DNA from: Octopus sinensis
Taxonomy: Eukaryota
Direction: 5' to 3'
DNA length: 64,000 nucleotides
Assembly: GCF_006345805.1 (NCBI RefSeq)
Contig: NC_043011.1
Coordinates: 13,156,464-13,220,463 of the forward strand
Within the stretch, counting starts at the first letter, position 1. The number at the start of each line of letters is the position of its first letter. A model generated the notes under the pieces. That model had not been told where the DNA came from, made no database searches, and worked only from the letters and a program-made list of their open reading frames with translations. Positions 1-12,965 of the stretch are shown piece by piece. Position numbers and translations under genes: made by a program.

Positions 1-489
1 GCTAACTCCTTGTCACCACCACCGTTATCCCTTTCCAGCACCATCCTGACTATTCATACTCACCCTAATATGCTGCAAGCTAACCATGAATCTCTGCCAC
101 AAGTAACCTGTTCCTGTCCTTTCATTCATTTTTTTTTTATTTTCTATCTCTCACCTGCCGGCTGCCACTTGTTCGTTCCTTCCTTTGTCAAGTCACGATC
201 GTAAGTTCGATATCAGCCCGGCCTCCGGTCAGATTTTCTTTTTTTTGCTGAACAACTAACCTAAAGGCCACCTTCCTCTCTCCTATACTTCCACTCACTC
301 ATGAAGAATCTTTATTCTTGTGAGTGACTCAACTAGTACTCCACATAAAGAGGTTAAGTTATCAAGGGCACGGCAGACCATGCAGTCCTCCGGTGACTTA
401 CCAAATCCTATAGAATCAAGCATGAAAGACAAACTTTAAATGATGATGATTACGATGACAACAACACAACAAGGAGGATAATTGCTTCT

Positions 490-1243
490 GTTATTCTATG
501 CAGCTCTCCAGTTATTACAGCTTCCTTTCTTTTACCTGACGCCATTTGCAAAATTCTACACTAAACATTTTTGGCCCAATCTCTTGTTTCTAAAACCACA
601 GTAATCCAACAAGCATCAACCGGCTATCTATCTGCTGCTTTATATAGTAAGACCTCACCTGGAATTTGCATCACCGGTCTGGAAACCCTATCTTGCCCAG
701 AATATTAATCATCTGGAAACCATTCAGCGATGTACAACCAAAAGAATATCCTCCATCAGGCATTTGCCATATTCTGAATGCCTTACTTCCCTGGGCATGG
801 ACACATTGAAACTCCGACGTCTGGCAGCTGACTTGGCAGACACCCATAAAATTATTAACCATCTTACAAACAATAACTCTGAGCACCTTTTCAAACTCCA
901 CCCGTCTAACACCCGTGGACATGTTTACAAAGTCAGAAAACAGCACAGCTCCCATGACTTTCGGAAACATTTTTTCACGCTAAGAGTTGCTGAAGCATGG
1001 AACAAACTACTGGCATCAGTTGTTAGTTGTCGGAGCACTGCATCCTTCAAAACTTCCATGCTTTCTGAGATTCGCCAACACTACACCTGATTTTCTCCCC
1101 TCCATACACACGCAAGCATGTATCTGACTCATACACTGTTCGCTCTCCAGACATTTGTACATTACTGCATATACTTTATACACACTTTTTGACAAGTTGT
1201 GGTGCACCTGAGGACTATATACAATAATTTCATTATATATAAT
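490..1243 (+). mobile_element. CR1-like LINE, 3' fragment (RT C-terminus and 3' UTR)
   Basis: ORF 764-1090 contains HPSNTRGHVYKVRKQHSSHDFRKHFFTLRVAEAWNKL, a CR1-clade C-terminal motif; near-identical inverted copy at 19021-19710. Confidence 0.85.
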
Positions 1244-1410
1244 AAATCTTTCAAATGGACTTCAACTGCATTTACCTCATATATAAGGTCATAGATATTG
1301 CATCGTGAACTACATTTTAGTCATTAAATTCAATCCTACGCTATTGTCAGTTAGATAATGCTTTTTGCAATGAAATATTTCAAAGTTTTTTTGCTACATA
1401 ATAGAGATGT

Positions 1411-1800
1411 GGCACGGGAGTGGCTGTGTGGTAAGTAGCTTGTTTACCAACCACATGGTTCCGGGTTCAGTCCCACTGCGTGGCACCTTGGGTAAGTGTC
1501 TTCTACTATAGCCTCGGGCCGACCAAAGCCTTGTGAGTGGATTTGGTAGACGGAAACTGAAAGAAGCCTGTCATATATATGTATATATATATGTGTGTGT
1601 GTGTTTGTTCCCCTAGCATTGCTTGACAACCGATGCTGGTGTGTTTATGTCCCCGTTACTTAGCGGTTCGGCAAAGAGACCGATAGAATAAGTACTGGGC
1701 TTACAAAAGAATAAGTCCCAGGGTCGAGTTGCTCGATAGAAGGCGGTGCTCCAGCATGGCCGCAGTCAAATGACTGAAACAAGTAAAAGAGTAAAAGAGT
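1411..1800 (+). mobile_element. tRNA-derived SINE, family A (internal (TA)n/(TG)n), full length
   Basis: tRNA-like head ggagtggctgtgtggtaag...ggttccgggttcagtccc, and a tail gcatggccgcagtcaaatgactgaaacaagtaaaagag; multiple copies in the window. Confidence 0.85.
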
Positions 1801-2599
1801 ATATGTAATCTCAATCAAGTCCTCATTCATAAGAACTCTATGGTATCTGATTCGATTGCCTGCCAGAGCTTTCCACCGTCAGGTTTTAACTTTAGACAGT
1901 AATAAATTAGTTTCAAGTTGCGATCACTTAAGCTATCATCTATTTTTTTCTGTTTGGGAATATTTATTAGCCTTGATTCATTGGCAAAGAGATGTTATAT
2001 CATTATTCTTTTAATTATTGCTCTCTGTTCCTAGTTAAATAGAAAACTTTGATAAATTATTGATATCATTGATTAATTAAGATTTAATTAAATTCCAATG
2101 TATTACATGAATTATTGATGTATTTGATTAATTATTGATGTTACAACACTAAATGGCCAACATAATTAACAAGTTTCCTCGTTAAATCACAGTAAGATAA
2201 AGAGGTAAAATATGTTAAAAGGTTTGTTTTGCTATAAATCTATTTAAGTTACCTTTTAACATTTCTGAGAGACAAATGTGATAGAGTTAGGAAAATTATG
2301 TAATATGGAGACACCATCAATCAGAAGATCTACTTCTGATTGGAAAATCAACATATTTTGAAGCAATTTTGATTTCAACAAGTTGTTTTCTCCCTTGGGA
2401 TTGGTAAGAGACACATCGAAACTGCAGACTATTCCATCACCAATATTTGATGAGAGTATCACTACTTCAGCCTAGCCATCAATTTATTGCTCTGATTGTA
2501 TAATGCTTTATTTATAATTCATAATTCCTTGACGACCACAGATTTTTGTATTTTCCTCCAGAAAAATGTTAATAAATATCAAGTTAACACTTTTTTTTT

Positions 2600-3560
2600 T
2601 TTTATGGTTGAATAAATATTTGCTCTTCTTCAAAATGTGTGTGCTTTCAATGAATTTGATTACCATAGGAGCCTAAGGTTGTCTACAGAATTGCATGTAG
2701 CCGTTTTCAAATTCCAAGATAGCATTTAGATTATTAATAAATATATTTTTCACATGCTAACTTTTCTTTACTTTATTTACTCAACAGTACTGGCATAATT
2801 AACTCCAAAGAGTCTATACGTAAGCTAAGTAAATTAATGCCTTAGCCTAAGGGAGATAATTACAGCATCAGTGTCTATCAATTTTCCACTTGTTTACAAG
2901 TGCTGTGGTTATCAGAAACGATGTGGTTTATTTGGGTATGGAATAAATTATGCAAATATAAATATTTTATGTAACAAATAATTTTTTTTAATATTCTTTG
3001 TAAAGGCACTGCATTCCAAGAATTATCCTTCGCCTCGGTTGTCTTCGTCTACTACATCAGCTCCCCTTTCTTCCACAATTCCTATAATGTGACAGAAAGA
3101 CAAAACAACAAATGAAGAAAAGTCACTCGGCCCTTTGTCATAGAATATTTATTCTCCCCTTTAAATGTTTGATAGAAGTATCGTTCAACATTTCAATATA
3201 TTATTATTAATGATTTCTCTTGAAAGGTAGACAACTTTACAGAAGGGAATGGAAAAATTATGATGGTCATATCTTTCCCAATACACAGTGTCTGTGTATT
3301 TAACCAATCTCAAAAGGTGAAAAGGAATACTTCTTTAATTAATTAAGGTAGTGTCATTGCTTGTCTTATGGGTAAAGTATTTATACTAAACTGGAAAAAT
3401 ATAAAATAGACCTTGTGTGATTGTGTGACATATGAGGTGGTTAAGGTACTGACAGGTGCATTAAGTTCAAATCCTGCTAGAAATGTTACCTGAATATTTC
3501 TAATGAATGATATAGAAAATGTAGAGCAGGAATTAGTGAAACATTTGATCAAACAATTTG
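2600..3560 (+). pseudogene. Heavily decayed DNA-transposon coding relic, possibly CACTA/EnSpm transposase
   Basis: Frameshifted peptide pieces such as YQF-FHLFTSAVVIRNDV resemble the RQFLLYTGPVVL motif of EnSpm-like transposases. Many stops; judged by eye only. Confidence 0.25.
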
Positions 3561-3745
3561 TGTAAAATATAAACAAATCCCCAATGACTACAACAAACGT
3601 AAAAGAAAAATCAGATACAAAAGCAATAATCAAAGAAGATAATTAATTAAATCACTATTCTATAGATAATCTGTGATAATATTAATTTAATAATTATATC
3701 AAATAATTCAACAGAAAATGATAACTAAATAAAATATTTCCAAAT

Positions 3746-3835
3746 GGAGATGTGGATGTGTAGTTAAGAAGCTTGCTTCCCAACCATATGGTCTTGGGTT
3801 CAATCCCAAGACCAAAGCCTTGTGAGTGGATTTAG
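3746..3835 (+). mobile_element. SINE family A head fragment
   Basis: gttaagaagcttgcttcccaaccatatggtcttgggttcaatccc...ccaaagccttgtgagtggattt matches the head of the 1411 copy. Confidence 0.6.
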
Positions 3836-4419
3836 ATGAAGTTGACTCTGTTAAGGTCAATGGGTCGAAAGAATATTCATGGAACTTTAAAAAGTTAAAA
3901 CAGCCACCAAGTTAAAACACAACTGACCAGATGTTGTTGTGCGGAACAAAGAAAAGATATATTGTTGTGGAAATCAGTTAGGAAATAACCCTAACCCTAA
4001 CTCTAACCCTCTGGACACCAATATGGTTAGAAAAACACAAAAGAAAGAGGACATCTATGGACCCTTGACAAGGTTTGCAAATCAAGTACCCAAGATACCC
4101 TTTCAGCTTTATACCATTTATTACTGGAGTCAACCTGTCTGGAACAAAGTATGTCTAAACTTTGTTTCTTGAGGGGAGAACACACATCCTTAATTCATAT
4201 GCAAGTGATCACAATATCTAGGACTATAAAAATTTGCAAGACCTTCTTAAGACCAAAAGGTTACTGAAGAAAGCAAGATGCTTTCCTTCACAAACTTGCT
4301 ACCAAGTAGATGGGAAATCAAAATTTATCCTAAATTAAAAAGAGGAAGAGAACATACATACATACAGAGAGAGGAAGAGGAGAAAGAGTGAGAAAGAAAG
4401 AAAGATGGACAGATAGGCA

Positions 4420-5730
<1,311 letters not shown>

Positions 5731-5764
5731 TGTGTAAGAGGGTGAATGTATCTTTCTGTGCATG

Positions 5765-5997
5765 TATTTTTTTTTTTTTGTACTTGTTTCAGTCATTTGA
5801 CTGCGGCCATGCTGGAGCACCGCCTTTAGAGGGGTGAAAGAGTACAGCAGGGATCACCACCTCCTGCCGGAGCCTCGTGGAGCTTTTAGGTGTTTTCGCT
5901 CAATAAACACACAATAAACGCCCGGTCTGGGAATCGAAACCGCGATCCTCCGACCGCAAGTCCGCTGCCCTAACCTCTAGGCCATTGCGCCTCCACA
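5765..5997 (-). mobile_element. Fused SINE fragments: family A tail plus family C head
   Basis: tttcagtcatttgactgcggccatgctggagcaccgcc (A tail) joined to a tRNA-like family C head similar to 8004-8317. Confidence 0.7.
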
Positions 5998-6049
5998 TGT
6001 ATGTTCGATAGATGTATGTATGTTCGAATTTACCACTGTCAAAACATCA

Positions 6050-6240
6050 TGTGATGGCTGTAAACGAGTCTCATCATCGTACAAGCAATTGTTTCCAGTG
6101 TTCCATGAAAAACATGGGAAAATGTTACCTTGCACAGGAATGGCTATGGGCTGGTGACAGGAAGTGCATCCAGCCATGGAACATCCGATCCATGCAAGCA
6201 TGGAAAAGTGGATGTTAAATGGGGATGATGGTGATGACGT
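6050..6240 (+). mobile_element. Degenerate SINE family B, (GAT)n-tailed
   Basis: ggaagtgcatccagcc...catccgatccatgcaagcatggaaaagtggatgttaaat...gatgatg matches the family B 3' end. Confidence 0.55.
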
Positions 6241-6364
6241 GTCATCAAGTTACAATAATTGTGTTTTAATTCTATATTCCATCGAATCGGAAGACTGTTG
6301 GTAAACATAAGGAGACTAATTCTGGTGCCATTTGCCTGGGATTGGAAATGTAATCTGATAATAC

Positions 6365-6529
6365 GCAGGCGTGGCCATCTGGCTGAGAAGTTCACTTGGC
6401 AATCATGAGGTTTTGGGTTCAGTTCTACTCAACTGGACTTTCAGCAAATGTCATCTAATATAGCCTCAGGCTAACCAATGCCTAGTGAGAGGATTTGATA
6501 AACGGATATTGCACAGAAGCCTATTTGTA

Positions 6530-6560
<31 letters not shown>

Positions 6561-6596
6561 TGTGTGTGTGTGTGTATGTGTGTGTGTTTGTGTGTT

Positions 6597-6627
<31 letters not shown>

Positions 6628-6960
6628 TTGTGTGTGTGAGTGTGTGTGTGTTTGTGTGTTTGTGTGTGTGTGTTTGTCTGTTTGTGTGTTTGTGTGTTTG
6701 TGTGTGTGTGCGTGTGTGTGTGCATACACACACATACACACATATACACAGACACATATGCACATACACATACACACATGCTTGCTTCTTTCCATTTAAG
6801 TTGGTGTTTGGTTTCTTTATGAACCTGAAACTTAGTACTTCAGCAAAAAGAAACCGATATATTAAGTACCAGACTTAAGAACTTAAGATATGGACCGGAG
6901 TCAACCCTTCGGGTTGGTATCCCAGCCTGGTCCAAGTCAAATGACTGAAACAAATGAATG
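6365..6960 (+). mobile_element. Degenerate SINE family A with expanded internal (GT)n/(CA)n tract (6525-6780)
   Basis: Head-like sequence at 6365-6520, ~250 bp GT microsatellite, and tail ggtccaagtcaaatgactgaaac. Confidence 0.6.
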
Positions 6961-7198
6961 AAAAGACTAAATGAATAATGAGAACAATTAGAAACAAAAG
7001 AGCCAGAGGTAGGCATGATAATGACAAATTTTAAATTTATGGTCTCTGGTGAGGAGAATTTTGTCTGGAAGAACTGGTGATTAGATTCCAAATTATTAAC
7101 TCTCCAATTTGTACACCAGCAGCTACTTTGACTTAGGCCAGCTTTGACTCTTTTAGCAGTGAAAACTGCACCAAAAATTTATACAGAATGTAACTAAA

Positions 7199-7480
7199 TT
7201 TGAGACCGCGACCTGTTCACTGACAAAACTTTGTGAACAGGTCGCGGTCTCAAAGCGACGAAAATATTTTGACAAATTAAATTTAAATGTTGAAGTGAAT
7301 CGAAGGCTTTTGTGTGTTTCTTAAATGGCTTACAAACACCTTCCACGCTGCAATTGTTTTTGTTCCAGCACATGATCTCAGATCAAGTCACTCGCTATGC
7401 AAGTACATCTCCGTAACTAAATTCTCAAATGACAAAGCCAGTCTTGTTGTGAATACTAGGAAAAGGTAAGAAGTGGTAAT
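7199..7480. mobile_element. Probable non-autonomous DNA-transposon fragment beginning with a perfect 22-bp hairpin
   Basis: Perfect inverted repeat 7199-7220/7233-7254 followed by non-coding sequence; the family assignment is inference. Confidence 0.35.
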
Positions 7481-7629
7481 AACTATATAGTAGAATGACA
7501 GGAGACAATTACTCAGGATGTCTGCCGTATGAAGATGTAGTAATAAAGTTGCTACTAGCATATTTGGTATATTTCGTTTTTGGATTTGGTTTGCAAGATT
7601 CTTTATATGAGTTTGTGTGTTGAAGCATA

Positions 7630-7867
7630 TTCTGTTGTGTCTGGGGAGAGGCATTCTCTTTTAGTGCCTTATTATTTAACACACTCACCGGTAAAATTTC
7701 CACTTATTTCTTATTTTTATTTTCTAGAGTCAAGACTATTGAAAAGGTTGCAAGATGCAACGAAAATTTTAGAAAATAAAAATAAGAAATAAGTGGAAAT
7801 TTTACCGGTGAATGTGTTAAATAATTAAGGCACTAAAAGAGAATGGCTCTCCCCAGACACAACAGAA
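7630..7867. mobile_element. MITE with ~100-bp terminal inverted repeats and TA target duplication (Tc1/mariner-type)
   Basis: Left ta|ttctgttgtgtctggggagag..., right ...ctccccagacacaacagaa|ta; the arms pair over ~100 bp. Confidence 0.85.
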
Positions 7868-8003
7868 TATTTGGTAAAGTAAACCAAGAAACTTTAATTT
7901 GTTAATATTACTGCTTTAGGGATGAGAACAAGTATCTTTTATTCATTTAATTGGCCACAAGGGCCTTACAAAGAAAGGAAGCTGCGGGATGGACACACAC
8001 ATA

Positions 8004-8317
8004 ATGTTGTTGTTGTTTGTTCCTTCTCGAGCCATGCCTGGCTCATAAGGGCCGGTTTCCCGGTTTCTTGGAGTATAGGTTCCCCACTTGGACGGGACGC
8101 CGGTCCGTCACAGGTGAACTGCAAGGTGCAGGAGGAAAGAGTGAGAGAAAGTTGTGGCGAAAGAGTCAGCAGAAGTGTCGCCGTTACCTTCTGCTGGAGC
8201 CGCGTGGAGCTTAGGTGTTTCGCTCATAAACACACACATCGTCCGGTCTGAGATTCAAACCCGCGATCCCTCAACCACGAGTCCACTGCTCTAACCACTA
8301 GGCCATGTGCCTCCACT
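8004..8317 (-). mobile_element. tRNA-derived SINE, family C, (AAC)n tail, full length
   Basis: Reverse complement starts ggaggcacatggcctagtggttagagcagtggactc...ggtttgaatctc (A/B-box-like) and ends gaaggaacaaacaacaacaac; plus-strand copy at 33077-33345. Confidence 0.85.
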
Positions 8318-8428
8318 ACACACATAATGATATGAATGACAAATGAAATGGGGGAAAATTAGGGCAAGTAGCAACGCCCACCAATTGCTGTTTACCCGAA
8401 GACATTGTTCTCTTTATGTTTCCTACTG

Positions 8429-8585
8429 GAGGCAATAAACCTCTGACACAGTTCAAAAAACACATTTATGAGGCAATAAACCTCTTACATTTTTGCAATA
8501 CAAAAGCCATTTATGAGGCAATAAACCTCATACATAATTCAATAAAATACAATAAAAATACAATAAAAGTGAGGCACCAAGCCTC
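8429..8585. repeat. Array of four short hairpin motifs GAGG(C)-N5/7-(G)CCTC with unique spacers
   Basis: gaggcaataaacctc at 8429, 8470 and 8515; gaggcaccaagcctc at 8571. Confidence 0.8.
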
Positions 8586-8599
8586 TTACTTTTATTATC

Positions 8600-9530
8600 A
8601 GTTACATGCTTTCCTGTCCAACCAGGCTCCTCACTTCTTTGAAGCAAGCACCTAGACGGTGTCAAGCCGGATCACTTTGCCATGAATCGAAAAGAGTCCT
8701 CTGGGAAGGAATTCATTATCCTGCACAGATTGGTTTCCCATATGACCTCTGCAGCCACCTGCAAAGGCCAATCAGGGTCTTCCGTATAACCCTCCCACTG
8801 GCCTTACTTCAAAACAAAGTTTTCTAATGTCTCTCCCTGATGGAAGAGGAACACAAATTACTCCTCCACAGCATGGGAGGGATCTACAGTTTCCACCTTT
8901 GGTGGCACAACTCCCACCGAAGATGCTTCAAGACACGCCAGCAGCAATGACCCGGTATCTTTATCAACTGCCCCAGAACCTTATTTTGGTCCTGAGGGCA
9001 GTTCTTTTTAATATGGCCCAGACCCAGGTGACACCTAGGGGGGGGGGGGGCTCAAGCATCACCTAGACCAGGCCATTCTTACAAAATCTGGAAAAACCAG
9101 ATTTTCGGCTGATTGGGTCCATAAGGTCAAAACAGCTTTTGCCTCCTCCCAATCAGCCACAGGCAAAATTTTCACATTGAGTAGCTTGGTACTGCTACCA
9201 CCCAGACCCCAGCAGATAGTATCCACTATCCACAAGGGCTCAATTCCAGGTGGCAAGCTTCAGACCCAAGCCCTCATCAACTTTTTCCCACAATAAGTGG
9301 GAAGGAACAAAATTTCTGTGCCCTCTAGGGGCTGGCTTGCAAATTCGCAAGCTTCTTCAAGGGAGTCAAACAGCAACCACACCATTGCATATTTGACCCC
9401 ACCGAGAGATATATCTAATAGCTGGCATATAGTCTGCCAGCTCTTTTTCAATTATGTTTTTCTGGAAGATGTCTATGGTGTCAAAGGACTTGGAGTAAGT
9501 CCTCAACACCACCATCTTCCTTTCCACCCC
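8600..9530 (-). mobile_element. Decayed LINE ORF1 (gag-like) with degenerate zinc knuckle
   Basis: Broken frames give ...IEPLWIVDTICWGLGG...FPDFVRMAWSR and PRCHLGLGHIKKNCP, a CCHC-like knuckle that has lost a Cys. Confidence 0.55.
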
Positions 9531-9534
9531 AGGA

Positions 9535-9674
9535 CTTATTCATTGTAAGCCTAGTACTTATTCTATCGGTCTCTTTTGACGAACCGCTAAGTTACGGGGA
9601 TGTAAACACACCACCTTCGGTTGTCAAGTGATGTTAGGGGGACAAACACAGACACAGAAACATATACACACACT

Positions 9675-9738
<64 letters not shown>

Positions 9739-9892
9739 TTCGACAGGCTTCTTTCAGTTTCTGTTTACCAAATCCACTCACAAGGCTTTGGTCGGCCTGA
9801 GGCTATAGTAGAAGACACTTGCCCAAGTTGCCATGCAGTAGAAATGAACCCAGAACCATGTGGTTGGTAAGCCAGCTACTTACCACACAGCC
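9535..9892 (-). mobile_element. SINE family A with internal (TA)n
   Basis: Reverse-complement match to 1411-1800 (gctgtgtggtaagtagct...ttgacaaccg...). Confidence 0.85.
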
Positions 9893-10349
9893 AAAAAGTT
9901 TCAAATATAGTCCACAAAATTTTTTTAAATACTACAGAGAGAAAAACAAAAAAGAAAGACCCAACAAAAAAGAAGAAAAAAATAAAAATAAACGGTTCAA
10001 TACAGTTTTTCAAATAAACAACAGAAGAGAATGAGAGTTCAAAATACTGCAGAAATAAATAGTTTTTGGCCACACGTTACTCCTGGCCTTCACAGTTTTT
10101 CTCAATCTTTGTATAATTCCTTGAAATTGATTTTCCAAAAACATTTTACAAAGTCAAACAGGCACAATTCTCAAAATAAATTAATTTGGAGGCAGGACAC
10201 ACCTATAAACAGCAGTTCTCACAGCTAAGTGAGAAAAACACACATCTCTACCGCAGGAAGACCAAAGCCTAGAATCCAGTGAGGACTCCTTGCCTGTACA
10301 AAAAATAAACCTCACGAACAACAAATCCCACTGGACTCAAAAAGCAAAA

Positions 10350-10660
10350 AGTCTTACCTTACAGTAGAGTGTCTTTCAATACAATTTCCGTCCGCTGCAC
10401 ACCAGCGTGACGACTTCAGTGGTACAATGAAGAACACTAATGACCGGAACGAGTATCTTAATGATAAAAAGGTAAGGGACAAACCAATTAAATACAAAAT
10501 GCAGTGGGAAATAAGTCTGATCTTCAGCAGTGGGGTGACAACTACAGACATGTTTGAGACCTCATCGGTGAAATATAATCTATGCCTCCAAGAGTTTAGA
10601 AAGCCTAAGAGATATAGCAGGGTTTTGTGTGTATGAATTAAACTGGCTAACAATGATAGC
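10350..10660 (+). mobile_element. Penelope-like element relic (GIY-YIG endonuclease C-terminus)
   Basis: YLNDKKVRDKPIKYKMQWEI...KYNLCLQE resembles the Penelope endonuclease pattern I-K-W-x-I...C-N-L-C-L-x-E; recognised by eye. Confidence 0.4.
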
Positions 10661-10782
10661 TTAGAAGTATTTCATTAATTTTTAACACTAAATTCAAATA
10701 TTGCCTTGCGTGTAGTTTATTGTTGTTCTCTCTACATGACAATACAATCTTCAACTGCTGCCTATATGTCCAAATGAGTAAC

Positions 10783-11220
10783 ATCATCATCATCATCATC
10801 ATCGTTTAACGTCCGTTTTCCATGCTAGCATGGGTTGGACGGTTCGACCGGGTTCTGGTAAGCCATGGAGGCTGCACCAGGCTCTAGTCTGATTTGGCAG
10901 TGTTTCTACAGCTGGATGCCCTTCCTAACGCCAACCACTCCGTGAGTGTAGTGGGTGTTTTTTACGTGCCACCGGCACAGGGGCCAGAGCAGGCTGGCAA
11001 ACGGCCACGATCGGTTGGTGCTTTTACGTGTCACCAACACAGACGCCAGTCTTTACTACAATTAAGACGGGTGTCTTAACTACAATTTCCATTTGAATTT
11101 TTATTTTGACGTTGACGTTCTTGACTCAACAGGTCTCCTCGAGAACAGCGGGTCATTCTACGATCCAAGGTTAGCACAGCAGGCCGTCCTGCGAGCCATA
11201 AACTCACTTCATTTGTCAGA
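10783..11220 (-). mobile_element. SINE family B (RTE-like 3' end, (GAT)n tail)
   Basis: catcatcatcgtttaacgtccgttttccatgctagcatgggttggacgg..., with one internal 62-bp-type unit. Confidence 0.85.
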
Positions 11221-11879
11221 ACTCAAAAATTATGAGGAAGAGTCAGTTAATAATTTTTGAAATGATTTATTGGCCCCAGGTTTATGAATTGAACTCTTGT
11301 GAATAGACAACAGGTCCTAAACATTGGCAATTCAATTTGTTAAGCTAAACATTGCACATTCTGTTATTTTACAACTGATTTTCGGGGATGCAATAAGTTG
11401 GTGAGGACAAATTACATTTGTTTTTAAATGATGGAAAGTTTGAAGGGTTTTTACAACAGATTTGTGTCACATGAATGCAGTGAGACAATTTCAATACAGT
11501 AGGATCCCTAAAAGGACTACAAATAGGGATAATAACATAAGAAGCAAATAATAGTTTCAATTGACAACTCTACCACCACCACCACACATAGCAGTCACTA
11601 GGATAGCCTATCTCATTCAAATTTTAATTTGTTTAGGTTTTAGAGTTTTCGGTCAAGGCTTTCTTGATCAGAGTTAATCATTAAAGCTAATAATTTTTCA
11701 TGTTATTATCAGCATATATAGTAGGGCTACAAATAAACAACCTCAGCCAGCAACTAGCAAATGCAATAACTGTCTTATGAAAAACAACAATGATTTGTTT
11801 AGGAAATTGACAAATATATATATATATGTCAGGTTGGTAATGATTCTGTTGACATTAGACTTGTTCAGAGTTGGTTCCA

Positions 11880-12965
11880 AAGATTTCGTTCAGGAAATAA
11901 AATCCCTTAAAAATGAACCAAGAGGGAGACCAAAATCAGTTATTTGGCATGATGAATTGAATGCTTTGGTTAAATGAAATCCAAGAACAATGGTCAAAAA
12001 AATCGGATCAGAGCTCCAGACATCTTGAAGAATATTGGAAAAGTCAAAAAGATGGATAGGTTTGTTTCCCATCAACTTAATGAGATTCAAAGAAATACTG
12101 TGTTCCATGTTGATTTCTTGGTTGGAAAGAGAACCGTTTTTGTATCGACTCATTATGTGTGATAAGAAATGGATACTCTTTGATAACAGCAGAAGGACAG
12201 GACAGTGGTTAGATGCAAGAGAGTTATCAAAACACTATCCAAAACCACCATTGCACCCTAAAAAGTTGATGACCCAGGTGACACCTAGGGGGGGGGGGCT
12301 CAAGCATCACCTAGACCAGGCCATTCTTACAAAATCTGGAAAAACCAGATTTTCGGCTGATTGGGTCCATAAGGTCAAAACAGCTTTTGCCTCCTCCCAA
12401 TCAGCCACAGGCAAAATTTTCACATTGAGTAGCTTGGTACTGCTACCACCCAACAAAGGGGTCAACAAAGGGGGTTATTCATTATTCATTTTTGCAACAA
12501 GGAAAAACTGTAACAGCAACATCCTATTGTCAGGAATTTGATTGTAGGCATAAAAAATCAAAAAAGAACTAACCCTAATTAGTGAATAGAGATGGCCCAA
12601 TTTTGCTTCATGATAATGCACAGCCTCACACTTCTCAAGCTACGGTCTGCAAGTTGCAAAGCCTGAATTATGAAATTTTGGCACAGCTTCCTTATTCTCC
12701 TGATATCTCTCCTACTGATTATCACATATTTAAACACTTTGAGCTTGCTATACGCAATAAAACATTCTTAAATAAAGAAGGGGTAATGGAAGCATTCAAA
12801 CAGTTTATCAGTGTAAAAGATGACAAATTCTTTGAAGATGGAATATATGTATTATCGGAACATTGAATGAAGGTCATAAAGGAACAAGGATCATATTTTG
12901 ATTAAATAAATAAATATTCTAAAACTTTTTCAAATGTGACATTTCATGTGAGATAATCAATATCT
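11880..12965 (+). mobile_element. Degraded mariner transposon (5'-truncated), interrupted by a templated insertion
   Basis: Frameshifted transposase pieces CDKKWILFDN...KPPLHPKKLM and ILLHDNAQPH...PYSPDISPTDYHIF (DD34D-type). Confidence 0.85.

Noticed and set aside
1411-1490. tRNA-like sequences at SINE heads (also 8250-8317, 33077-33135, 54660-54730)
   Set aside because: They continue directly into repeated SINE bodies and I could not build a full cloverleaf, so they are called SINEs rather than tRNA genes.
2256-2462. 68-aa minus-strand ORF as a possible host exon
   Set aside because: No recognisable domain, no convincing in-frame splice partner, and it lies in decayed TE-like sequence.
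3985-4012. (TAACCC)n telomere-like motif (also near 35503-35525)
   Set aside because: Only 3-4 imperfect units; the 35503 instance lies inside a MITE. Not an interstitial telomere.
6466-6878. HT/CV-repeat ORFs
   Set aside because: Translation of the (GT)n/(CA)n tract inside a SINE.
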